Of a DNA stretch of 64,000 nt, positions 52,201 through 64,000 are shown piece after piece. Source of the DNA: Camelus ferus (Eukaryota); NCBI RefSeq assembly GCF_009834535.1, contig NC_045697.1:63924001-63988000 (forward strand), in the 5' to 3' direction. A program made the translations under genes and the position numbers. The notes beneath the pieces are model-generated. The model made no database searches. It had not been told where the DNA came from and saw only the letters and a program-made list of their open reading frames with translations. Positions within the stretch are counted from its first letter, which is position 1. Each line of letters starts with the position of its first letter.

Positions 52201-52903
52201 CCTTAAAAGGTTGTTGTGAGGATTAGAAAAGATAATCACACATATAAATTTCCTGATTCATAAAGGACACTCCCTCAGTGCCTTTTTTATTTCTATTTCA
52301 AAGAAAAGCAAACTGAAAAGTTCAACAGTGAAAAATCCAGCATGATAGTGGAACTAATGTTTAATTGGACTGAACACTAAAAAAAATGGATTCGAAGGTT
52401 TAAAGATTATACTGAATAGTCATATAAAAGATGAGAAACAGGCACTAGAAGGAGTGGTAGAATTGCCCAATTATATTTTGTAAATTGCACAGTTTTCCTC
52501 CTCTTTTTCACATTTTCTCTCTCCTTCACACATGCATTACCTTCAAAAACCTTTACTCCCTGTCTATCCTTTGCTTTTCGTCTAAAGTCATGGCTGATTA
52601 TCTGAATTCCTTTGGAAAGGAGAGGATTCAAAGAGACCTATTGGTCCTTTTCCGAAGCACCTACAACTTGGAGTCCTTCATAATGATTAAGACTCAATTT
52701 TTGTATTAGTGTAGGCTGACTTCTGTAACATCCCTCTTATACATACAAAGCTTAGAGGTTTATCACATTGAAGAGATTTACTTCACACTCACATATAAGA
52801 ATAATGAAGATTGGTAGGCATGGGTTAGAGGAAGTTTCCTTCAGTTAGCCTAGCTGGATCCTAGGCTCCATCTGTCTAATGGCTTGATTAAATTCTAAAA
52901 TTT

Positions 52904-53960
52904 TGTTACCAGAGAGTAGGTTCTTGTCGTGTGAAGGAAAAACCAGGCTGGTCTGACAAAATATCTCATAAGTCTAGGAATGTGAAGGAGAGGCTGGGCT
53001 GGGCTAACAAGTCTAAGTATTGGAATACTGATCTGAGTTCTGCTAGACTAACTTGTAAATCTAGGTTAATTAGTGTTGGTTTGCTGTTTATGTGTTTTTG
53101 CTAGCCAGCTGGATTTTCAAAGATACATATCTGGCTTTGGAATGTTGGTTTGCTGCCTCCTGCCTCCACTTTTGTGATGATAATGCTGCTAAAGCTGTTC
53201 CATGCCTATTGGCCAAATACCCCAAGCTTGTAATTTACCCTATAAAACCTCATGTGCACATCTTGAAGGTGCTCAGAGCTTTGGAGCAGAAGCCCCTCTG
53301 AGCCCGCTGGCGTAATACATCTGAGTACTCCAACCCTCCGAGTGGTGCTTGTTTCTTGACTGGCCTGTCGTTTCCGTAACAGTCACATCTCAGAAAGAAT
53401 TCAGAGACAAAACACGGAGGTCAAGAAAGTAAAGTTAAGGATTTATTAAGTGATAGGACACTCTCAAAAGGACAGCAGGCAGACCCAGTGAATAACTGTG
53501 CTGAGTTTCTTTGGCAAGCTGGTTATGTGGTGTGTAAAACTGAATGGGAAGATATTCACTGGGGAGAGAGGAGTTTGGGGTTGTATTCCCTGATTTTCAT
53601 CCCAGTTACATCTTCCCAAGGGGAGGACGGATTTTTGTCTTTATTTAGTCTGGATCAGAAGTATCATGGTGTCGGTGCATAATGGGTACTTCTTGTCAGC
53701 AAGGCTAATTTTATTGTAATGAGGGTATAATGAGCAGAAGGTTACATTTAGATGGCAGAGATTCCCACCTTTTTCCGCCTTTCTTTGTCTGCCTCCAGGA
53801 CCCTTATCACTCCAAAATATGTGGTTTCTTGTCAGTCCAGGATTCCTGCTTTGCTTTGTCTGACTGAGGACCCCCATTGTTTACAAGATGTATGGTTTCC
53901 TGCCATTTGACCTGTGGCCCTCTTTCTCTGCTCATATCTAGCTATCTGCCTGCTCTAACA
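52904..53960 (-). mobile_element. ERV1-class solo LTR (outer)
   Basis: tgtta...taaca termini, perfect 4-bp TSD attt, reverse AATAAA at ~53442. Confidence 0.88.
52930..53381 (+). mobile_element. Young ERV1-class solo LTR (inner)
   Basis: tgtg...taaca termini, 4-bp TSD gtcg/gtca (one CpG transition), CCAA(A)T-like and TATA motifs (ccctataaaa, ~53240), retained CpGs in its 3' part. Confidence 0.88.
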
Positions 53961-54799
53961 ATTTCAGAGTTTTTTATTGGATTTACTATTTTCATCTAGC
54001 AGATGAAAGAAGAGAATATATGTAGAGAGTTGAAGAGTAGGTTTTACGGGCCTGGAGGCGGCATTCATTTCTGCCCATATTCTGTTGGCCAAGACTTAGT
54101 CTTATGGCTGTATTGATGTGCAACAAAGGCTAGAAAATACAGTCCCGCCCTGTACACAGGAAGGAAAAGTGGGTTTGGGCATATCTAGCAGCTAGATTGT
54201 AGCTATTCTGTGCAATGATGATGATGATGATAATGATGATGCTTGTTGGGTTTGGGCTAATCATCTTTATTCATTTTATCCCAAATATACACCCAAGATG
54301 TTCTGGATTAGAGACAAATTAATAGTTGTGCTGACTGCTGTTACCGTGCTTCTCCTGTAGCACACATAGTGACATGAACTGTGTAAAGGGCCTCACACTC
54401 CATAGGTGAGAAGATGGAAAAAAAAAAAGTATCCAATCTGCTACCTTCTGCACATATCCAAAAAAGGAAGGAGAAAAATTCCTGTTCCTTGGAGATGATA
54501 AAAGAATAACGGATTCTCACTCATACCTTTTGGAATGTGTATCTCTCCAATGGCCATGTCAGCCCCACTGTCACTGTCTTAATACACCTGGAGATGTCTC
54601 CATGATCCTGGGTTTCTTGAAATACAAACACATACATCCTGAGTGAGGTAAATCTCTCTTGAGTTCTCTCACTATCCATACATTGTAAATTCACTTCTCA
54701 AGGTTTGCTCCTTGCCCAGGATCTCAAGTTTTCAGCACAATTTATTGAGAAAGCCAGGACACTGAAGAATGTGAAAATATTTTATTAACAGCCCATGTG

Positions 54800-55190
54800 A
54801 TAATGATGATAATAGGTAACATTTATTGAGTACTTGTCATGTGTCAAAATCTATATCAATGTGTTACTTAGAATTTACAGTATCTCATTAGTCTCTACAA
54901 CCCAGGGAGGTTACCACTACTTGAATCCTATTTTACAGTTGAGAAAAACTAAGAGACAAAATGTTAGTAAAGAAAGGATATATCATACAGCACAGGGAAT
55001 ATAACTAATATTTTATGATAACTTTAAATGGAATATAACCTATAAAATATTGAATCAGTATGTTGTACACCAGAAACTAATAAAATATTGTAAGTACACT
55101 ATACTTTAAAAAATGTTAAAGCATCTAAGATCATACAGGTGGAAAATTGTACAGGTGAGATTTGAACACAAAGAGTTTGATCCTAAAAGA
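54800..55190 (-). mobile_element. MIR SINE split by an L1 3' end
   Basis: aacatttattgagtacttg...cctattttacagttgagaaaaact, resuming as aagatcatacag...gatttgaac. Confidence 0.7.
54967..55108 (+). mobile_element. Short L1 3' end
   Basis: tacagcacagggaatata...tgttgtacaccagaaactaa...tatacttt; TSD aaaatgtta on both sides. Confidence 0.85.
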
Positions 55191-57699
55191 TGAACTAAAT
55201 GTATGCTTTATTAAGAAAAAAATACAATCGTGGAACAACAAACAATCTTTGCGTTGTTAAACTCCTTCATAGTAGGTCCTTTCATCACACCTGTATTGGG
55301 ATCTTTACTATCACCCCTTCCATTTGGATCAGCTGCACTTCTGTAGATTTTTGCGGAGAGTTTTATGACTAGATAATATAAACATATTTTTTGGATTGAT
55401 TCACAGTTAGAATAGCAGCACCTTGAGCCATAGATTTTGTCTGGTTTATTGTTGGGTCCCCTACAGTCTAACACAGTACTGTTCAAAAGAATAGTCCTTG
55501 ATAACTATTTTTGAACAAATAACTAAACACATTCTGAGCATACATGTAGCAGACCCTCATATACAGCAGAAGTGTAGCCGTCTTTCCGTCTGGGAGTACA
55601 GTCTATTTGTAGAGTAAACCAAAGGGGAAGCAGGCAACTGGTGAAAATGCACTAATTATGGACAAGTTAAGAGCATTTTTATCATCTATATCATCAATTT
55701 AACTTACTTAATCATAAATTACAATGTCAGGGTCCTACTGATGCTTACTAAAACAAAAGTATACTCATAACAGGATGAAAATATAGAGAGGAAAGTTGAC
55801 TATGGTAAAGAGTGAAATTTTTCTTTGGAGATAATTTAACTATAAACTTCAATCTAGTCATTGCCCTAATTGTCATGAATTCTGAAGTAATAAAAATCCT
55901 GAATAAGTGAGATTTTTCACCCTTTCATTGAAAGAGAAAAATTTTAATTGACCTAGTTCCCTCCTTCTCAGACAATTTAGATCCTTTATTTGTTTACAAT
56001 ATTTTATTCAAATAAAAGTCAGTATATTTTGTATATATCAGATATTGAAATTATTTTCTGAAACTTTACATTTTATTTTTGCTAAACATTTCTACAAAAT
56101 AAAGGAAAATATGAAGGTAATAAAACAGTGTTATGACCTTGGGAATAGTTTATATGATGAAAGGGAAGAAATCACAGTAGTGGATTTTATTAGTCATCCA
56201 AGAAATGAGGGTTTTTTTGTTTTGTTTTGATTACATATATGTTCTCATATTTAAAAGTTTCTATTTAGAGTTAATCATAAAAATTATTGAAACTTTATAT
56301 TTTAAATAATGTACTTAATTCTGTAACTAAAAAAGGAATAAATCAATTTGAGGGAGATGCAACACTGCTCTAGGTAATAGAAACATCACAAAAATAAAAA
56401 GTTATATTGAAGGATTAATACATCTTAAAATGTAAATGATTGATTCCTGTCTCAGTGATAATGCTTAGGCTATTATAATAGTTATTGCCCTCAATCTTAA
56501 GGGAAAGTAGGCAAAATTCCAACTCTTATCTAAATAAATGATTCAGTCTTACAGGTTTTGCTTTACAAATCTTAAAGCTCTCTCTTCAAAATAGTTTATT
56601 TTTATTTAAAAAGTTCAAAAGGAAAAAGTATAAAATTAATTTATAACTTGAAAAATTCAATGAAGACTTATCTAATTGATGTATTAGAGATTTCAAATCT
56701 TTGAAAAGCTACTCATGTCTTCAGGCAAGATAAACTTTGAATCATAGGAATCCTAATTATAAACCTGACATTTCAACTGAGAAATCCCACTGGCTCACTG
56801 TGAAATAAAGTAACAGTAAGACATGAAGTGCTTCAAAAAATCCCTTCAATAGAGCATAGCTTTTAAAAATGTTATGACTCTAGGAAAAGGTGGAACTTCA
56901 TACAATTCATACAATATTTTTCTAATAATACCTTTAAGGAAGACCTTTGGTTCAGTTTAAGTAGTCTTTTAGAAACTGAATTGCCAACTAGTGTGTGTTC
57001 ATTCTGTTTTTTTGTGTTGAAATTGGCAATCATTTTTCTCTGTCTTGTCCTTGACATCATTTTGGAAGGTGTGCTTAACAGGTTAAAGTCAAAGGTAGCC
57101 ATGCCAAGGCTCAGAGAATTTCCCTAAGTTGACCTAAACCAAATACTCAACACCCTCTGTGTACAGACGCATAAGTTGCTATAATTCCACTAACTTAAAT
57201 TAGATCCAACCATAACCAAACTACATTGAATCTCTGATATTTACCAAATAGAAATATCTATAAATCATATTAAAAGAGGAAGTAAGGTTAATTTCAAATT
57301 CTTTGAAGAAAATTATAACTCTAGGTGCATTTTACTGAGGATACAATCCTGGAAGATGCCCAGCAAGTAAGACCATGTGTTAAATTGAACATTGAATTTG
57401 AAGTGAAGTAATAATGGATATTTACGTCCATAAAGTATTGTATATACTACAGCCATTCAACACCTTATTTTTTACATTAAAGGTTTCTAAAAAGGTTGTA
57501 AAGACTAATATGCTCATATAGAAGGTACTTATACTTGAGAATAACTCTATTGCCTCTTTTTCTAAATATTCTAGCTCTCTTCTAGTGCAATAAACGTCTT
57601 TCATTTTGTTAACAATTTTTAGATGGTAGAAGACTAAACTAATTAAGAAAATACCAAAATAAAGAAGACCTGGCCGGTGCCTCTTTTTACATAGTAGAC

Positions 57700-57862
57700 C
57701 AGGGATGCCAAATAGATTTGATTTCTCATGCCTGCTCTGATGAATTGGTAATGGTTACCTGTAGGGCTGTGTAAGAAGGAAACTTAGGTTGAATATAGCC
57801 TCAGAGGAAAGAATGATTATTAAGATATATCTGCTATGTGTTCATGATTTTTGCCATCTGCC
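57700..57862. mobile_element. hAT-Charlie-type MITE
   Basis: Degenerate TIRs cagggatgccaaa ... tttgccatctg; subfamily uncertain. Confidence 0.55.
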
Positions 57863-58589
57863 AGTAATTGCTTGATTTTTGTGAGAAATATTCATAGGAC
57901 CTCTGTGTTTCCATTTTCAAATAAGAACATATAATCCCTCCTTCCCCACAAAAATATGTATGCTTTCACAAATGAAGAATAAATAGTACTAAGGCTATGA
58001 ATTCATTTCTTTTGCTCATTGACTAAGAAACTCACTCTTTCTCATTCTAACGTATATGATTCAAATCTGGCTCTTGGGAAAATTACAAATTAAATCATAG
58101 ACTTTCAGTTTGAAAGTGCAGCTGTTCAATCTGATACAAAGAGTCTACTTTTATAAATATTACTCACATGACTTCTCTAGTACCCTGGATAAAAACTCTA
58201 TTTCAAGATTTTGTCTATTTCAACAATATTTGCTTAAGAACTAAATCATACTGCTAATTGGGCCAAAATCTTTCAAATGAGGAAAAATAAAGCCCCTTTT
58301 CTCCTACCATAAGTTGAGCACACTGCCAGTGTAAGAATGTGACAAGGTGACAAGAGAGTGAGGTATTAGATATGAACGTAACATGTAAAGCATCACAAGA
58401 AAACTCTCAGGAGCCTCATAACTGAATCTGAAGGGTAATAGCGCCATTAGGAGAAAAGACTCTATTGTAGAAAAACCTATCTGATACATTTACCATCAGT
58501 ATAATCTACTCAAATGAGTTGCTGGACTCTGTGCACAGACTGCTGAAACAGCCAGACCTGCACCTAAGAGATGAGATCATTCAGGTTCA

Positions 58590-58770
58590 TGGTGACCCAG
58601 GCGTGCAGCATAGATCTGGAGGTGCTGGGCTCACAGTTGTCACGAGGTAATATGGATAGGCCATTAAAGAACCTGCCGTGACGTGCTCCTCTGGGCCACG
58701 GTCCGCTTGTTTTGCTACATGTAGTAAACAACTCTCTCACTAGAGCTGGCAGCACTCGGTGGTGATATTC
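58590..58770. promoter_or_regulatory. CpG-retaining promoter/enhancer-like patch
   Basis: Seven CpGs in ~160 bp of apparently non-repeat DNA; TGACGTG, GTAAACA and a near-palindrome. Confidence 0.35.
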
Positions 58771-61479
58771 TTTTCCCTTCAAATTGATTTAGGAGGCTCT
58801 TGAAGTTACCTCCAGCATTAAGAAGCCTTTATGTGTAAGCATATTATTATTTATGTGTGTGTGTCTGGCACAACAATATGTTTTTGCCATATTGCCTTAA
58901 AAACATCTAAAGATTTGTATTTAACTAAGTCTTTAGTAGGAAATTACTAGGATTCATTTTAAAATTCTGGTGAGATTGGCACACATGAAAGCAGTGACCT
59001 GGTTTTTTATTGTTTTTAAATGACTTGGAGCTTTTGTTTACCTTGTGAATTTCCATTTCACTTGTTCTTTATCAGTTTGTAACTTTGCCACCTGGTAAAC
59101 TTTCATTTTAGGGCTTTACTGAGGCTTTCTTGAGACTGGCTATTATGATAGCATCTCTGTAAGTACTGTGATATGACAAGCTTCCGAAGCAGTTGTAAAA
59201 CAATTATAACTGCCACTAAAATATCTTGGCTGGGATTGGTATTAAAATGAAAAGAGGAAACTCAAGAATCTAAAATGTTCTCACTTGAAATTTTTTTCCT
59301 ACCGAGATCAATCAATAGTAACCACCTGAGGTTTTTTGGTTTTGCTTGTTCGGTTTTTTGTGGATTTTTTTGGACTGATTGGAAGTATACAAGCTTTTCT
59401 GTGCCACATAAAATGTCCAAATCCTATTTGTAGGTATAAAATAAATTCTGAAAAATTTTGTATTAAATTGGCTTCTCATAATTAAAAAATGACAAATTTT
59501 GTATTTGGATGAAAATCTTTCACTATCATAATCATTGACATGTTGGTATCATTACATTTGCTGCCAGTACTGAGACACTCTCATGGGCACAGTCTGCCAG
59601 CTGGCCCTGCTGCAGCTCTTTGAGGTCCCTGGCATAACACAGACATAGAGACAGGTCTAGCTGATAAGAGTCTTAGCAGATTTGTTTGACCACTTGTTTC
59701 CTTAACAGTATCACAGAAGCAGGTCATATCCCATGACCAGCATTAACTAGAGCAGGAAACTTAAAAAAAAATCATAAATAGGTAATTTGCCTACACTTAC
59801 TTCCTCTGAAAATGATTCTGTTGTCTTTCTCCATCATGATGGCAATTCATAATACATAAAATTTAGCTAGAACTTTCAATAAAATGGGTGGATAAGTAAA
59901 TTACTATTGAATGCCTTTTCTCAAATTTTGTTTCCTTCGATGACAATCTGTGATCGATGATACCCCATTTAGGTTGTGCTTACTACCATTATAAATTGCT
60001 CTGTTTCATGACACTTTCTATTCTTGTGTTCTGTCAATGCCTATATTATATAGTATTAGGGGAAACAAGATTCTTCACTTCAACCAGCTCTGACAGAATC
60101 TGCAGAGTTTCTCCTTGAAATGAGCAAACATGGAATGTGAAGAGAGTTATTCCTCATCATAAACGTTTTTAACTAGTGGAAAAAGATAACATAAAAATTT
60201 TTAGTAATACTAAATATAAGTAATTTTTCTTGCATAGAAAATATATATCATTTAATTAGTTATATAAAATTGTTTTAAATGTATAAATAGAAAGATAATT
60301 ATTTGTATTAAAAAAAGCTAATTTGAATACTTTGGACAATCTCAATTAAGATCAGTCACTAAAAGAATTGAGGGAAAAATATAAAAATCTAACAAGATAT
60401 AGTTGAGTTACTATACAAATATCTTATTTCTAGCTCTGGTTTAATAACTCCAAAAACAAATACCAGAAACAATGAATTATGGGTATGCAATATGATATAT
60501 GTACGAATATATACCTGCTGTAGTTTTTTTTTAAATCAAAGTTTTAAATGATATAACTATGGGCAATTTTTGAAGACATATTTTTTATCTCACCACCTAT
60601 ACGACAATCTTACAGTTCTTTGTATATACCACAAGAAACTTGCTTAAGTCAAATTTTAGAAGTCATTTTTAATTAAAAAATTTTGGAAAGATATAAAAAG
60701 ACATGTTATAACTAATTCCTCTATATTTAGCCTTGTGGGGTTTTCATTTGTACTTTATAGTATATATAATCTGATATATTTACTATTTTACTAGTGTTAA
60801 TCCACATTTGTTTGGAAATACATGTTGCTTTTATAATATTGAGCAAATTCAGGTAATTTTAATGTAGTAGCACAATGGTTAATAGAAAATTTTACTAGTT
60901 ATTAGAGGGATAATTTATTATCATGTACAGGTCAAATAAAATGAAAATAACACCACAGTATAAGGATGTATTGTTAAATGTTAAAGTTGACCTAAGTGAA
61001 ATAAAAGCATTTCATTCATTGAATGTTTTGTCACACTACTTTCTCCACTATAACAAACCCAAACGCCATTGAGATTGACACCAGTCTTTATTTTTGTCTC
61101 TCTGTTCTGTGTACTCTGACAGAACTGTTTCGTGTGTATGTACTTTGTTTTGCAAGAATACTTCACAGATCCCTGCCCACGTCCAAGGGATTACTGAGTA
61201 GCAGAAGAGTATAGTCCTATTTCATCTTTTTAAATGTCACATAAATTCAGAAGATGTTTTCAGCATGTTGGAAACTGCCATCTAATGCATAACTGTTTTA
61301 GAATGCCATTCCTAATTCTAAATGATAAAATCTGACACTCTTTACTTCTAAGAAAACTGTTAATATGTTACAAATGTCTTCTCAAACATAGCTGAATTCA
61401 GAAGCAGGTCCTCAATCTGGAGGTCATTGTTCTACCTAGAGTACGTTTTTATTAGGTGATATTTTTTTCCCTTAGCGTA

Positions 61480-61546
<67 letters not shown>
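61480..61546 (+). repeat. Compound (TG)n(AG)n microsatellite
   Basis: Directly visible; produces the spurious CVCV/ERER ORF. Confidence 0.97.
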
Positions 61547-61549
<3 letters not shown>

Positions 61550-61789
61550 AATGACAGAGAGACAGGAAGACAGATACTTAGTCATCATATCTGATTTAAT
61601 TTCTGTTTTACCACAAAAAGGAAGTCCTGTTATTGGCTATTCATCCTCTCCCCTCTTCTCCCCTCCCCTCCCCTGCCCACCTGTTTTCTCCTCTCCTGCC
61701 CTGCCCTGTCTGCCTGCAGTGTTTCGAAGATGGTGTCAACCACTGTGACATGTAATGTTTGGATGCTTTCATAGTCAGAAGACATAAGG

Positions 61790-62200
61790 TGTTTTACTTG
61801 GCTAGAGCTATCATAACAAAATACCATAGAATGGGTGGCTTAAACGACAGAAATTTACTTTCTCATAGTTCTGGAGGCTAGAAGTCCAAGGTTAAGGCTT
61901 AGGCAGGTTTGGTTTCTCTCAAAACCCCTCTGTTGGCTTGTAGATAGCCAGCCTCTCTCTGTGTCCTCACAGGGCCCTTCCTCTGTGTACGCACATCCCT
62001 GGTGTCTCTTTTTATGTTCAAATTTCCTCTTCTTATAAGGGTACTAATTGTATTGGATTAGGGCCCACTTTAACAGTCCTATTTTAACTTGATCACCTCT
62101 TTAAAGGCCCTTTCTCCAAATACAGTCACACTCTGAGATAATGGTTGATAGGGTTCCATATAAATTTAGTGGTGGGGGGGATAAAATTCAGCCTATAACA
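61790..62200 (-). mobile_element. MLT1A/B-type MaLR LTR
   Basis: cataacaaaataccatagaatgggtggcttaaac...agttctggaggctagaagtccaag...ttcagcctataaca. Confidence 0.9.
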
Positions 62201-63605
62201 ATGGGGATGGCAAGCTATTTTCCAAAATAAATTTAGGTGACCTTCTAAAAATAAAGTTGTTTTTAAAGTTATAACAGAAGAGTTTAGCTATTCCTACGAG
62301 CAGCATTCCAAACCCTAAATATGTGAGAAGCTAAAGACTGAGGATTCCTCAAAATCATAACATAGTGACCCAGGTAGAGTCCAAGGAAAGTGTCACTATA
62401 TTAGCAAATGTAGGTCTGTAGCATACTAATTTGTGTTATACACCATCTGATAAAAAAAGAATGTGTTGGCAGAGGGTGCTGATGGTTTTTACACAAGCTG
62501 GAGAAAAGCAGCCAAAACAATAAAAGCTCATTGTTAAATTTCCAGCAATGTCCAGGGCTGAGGTCAGGGTGGAGACATCCTCGAACTCTCCAGTTACTGG
62601 AAAGACATGTTCTCTGTCATGGGTCTGTCTTGATTTATGGCGCCTCACTGAAGTCAGTTGGATTGCAGTGTTGTTGTTTCCTTTGATTTTGTACTAGTTC
62701 CATTTTTGTCAAAAGTAATTTATTCTGAAATTCAACTTCTCATATACTGCCACGATGAGAATTTCATGGAGAGCAAACATAAATAATATTCCATTTCCAG
62801 GAAGAGAATGCCTGCAGTTGCAAATGATAGACTGACTTTCTAGTTTGTTCAGCAGTGTAACATGAGCACCAGGGTGCTTCTACCCAAGCAGTCAGCCCGT
62901 ATCTTTGGAATCTTCCCCGGTGTGCCTATGCCTTTAACCTCAGCACACTTGCTTAGTAAATACTGCTGAGTCTTATTCTTCAATTCTGTGAAAAGGTTTA
63001 TGTTATTAATTCACAAATTCTCCTAACTGTTCTTAGTTGATTTTTCTTTGAAACCTGTAGTTTCATCTTAATCTTTAATTGAATAGCACTTTTTATGGCT
63101 TTTTTTTTTTTTTTGGCAAAATGAAAAACACTATTCAGCTTCGTCAAGCTTGTTCTTACTTCAGAACCTTGAACTGCTGCTTACTCTATGCTTAGATCTT
63201 TTTGTAACTTACTTCTTTACATATTCCAGGTCAGATGGCAACCCCTCAGAGGCCTTCTCTGACTAACCTTGCTAAAATGATTGCTCACCCCCAGCCTCCA
63301 TCCCTCCTGCATAGAAAAATGCTGACAATATTTATTGGGGTCAGTGAACATGTCTTTCCTAAACAAAATCAATGAGTTAATGAATCAACTTTGGATCCTA
63401 TAGAATGTTTAAAGAATGAGAGTAACAATACAAAGTTTTAATTTAATAGTTATCCATATATTTTCATGTTTTAAGTAAACATTGGCTAAAAATCTAGACA
63501 GTATCTGGCTAGATACTTTCCTATCATATACATAAAAGACATATGAGTTCATACTGTCTTTTATTTGAAAACAAGTGATTCTCAGCTTCCAAGGAATCTG
63601 CCTGT

Positions 63606-63792
63606 CAATGGTTTACTTCCTTGATTACCAAAGCATGGTGGCCAAAACAACAGCATTAAGATTGCCTTGAAGATTCTTAGAAATGCAAATTTTGGACTAC
63701 AACCCAGAACTGCTAAATCAGAAACTCTGGAGGTAGGGTCCAGTTATCTGTATTTTAACAGAACGTGTAGATGATTCTTTAGTGAACCACTG
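63606..63792. mobile_element. MER5A hAT-Charlie MITE
   Basis: ttagaaatgcaaatt...aatcagaaactctggaggtagggtccag...tgtattttaaca...gaaccactg. Confidence 0.8.
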
Positions 63793-64000
63793 ATTTAACC
63801 TATTTAAAAGTCTAAATTAATACTTATGGCTATTTGAATTAAAATAGTAGCATTGCCATTTGAACATAATTGGACTTCTTCAATGATTTTAGAACCTGCT
63901 GATATAATATAAAAAATCAATCTTTTATCTCTCTGATTTATAATTCCATTCACAAACTTGGCATCTCAGAATGATCCAAGAGTCCTGTACCTAATTTCTC

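Larger units (their letters stand above)
52702..54200 (-). mobile_element. Old MLT1 MaLR LTR, host of the nested LTR stack
   Basis: tgtattag...ctgtaaca start, and ttctgcccatattctgttggccaagacttagtc...ggctagaaaatacagtc after the insert. Confidence 0.7.

Noticed and set aside
55211..55486. 91-aa minus-strand ORF
   Set aside because: Overlaps L2-like sequence, has a non-ATG start and shows no recognisable protein features.
61479..61748. 89-aa ORF with CVCV/ERER repeats
   Set aside because: Translation of a microsatellite and low-complexity pyrimidine tract.
1..64000. CRISPR array, operon, rRNA, NUMT or non-retroviral endogenous viral element
   Set aside because: The DNA is mammalian; I saw no regularly spaced repeat-spacer array and no recognisable rRNA, mitochondrial or viral protein similarity. 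A highly decayed element could still be missed without a tBLASTn search.

Overview
AT-rich, CpG-depleted mammalian genomic DNA, most likely from a camelid: it carries three tRNA-Ala-derived SINEs of the camelid Vic-1 type and young camelid-like L1 3' ends, and I saw no Alu, B1/B2, Bov-A/BovB or PRE-1 elements. I found no protein-coding gene that I recognise; the listed ORFs are either L1 fragments or look like chance ORFs. The window reads as intronic or intergenic DNA. It contains L1 pieces (including a ~5 kb antisense L1 with a second L1 nested in it), L2/MIR, an ancient CR1/L3 reverse-transcriptase fossil, MER2/MER5A/MER58 DNA-transposon fossils and 13 LTR pieces. Seven of the LTRs lie in ~6 kb, including a triple-nested stack with visible target-site duplications (TSDs). 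The most interesting signals outside annotated repeats are an ungapped 53-bp direct repeat carrying E-box and homeobox motifs (11188-11433), a MYB/YY1/CCAAT motif cluster near 13.0-13.3 kb, a CpG-retaining promoter-like patch near 58.6-58.8 kb, and several splice-site-bounded exon candidates. I cannot support a claim of a new biological system from this sequence. Repeat family names come from recalled consensus sequences, and boundaries without TSDs are approximate.
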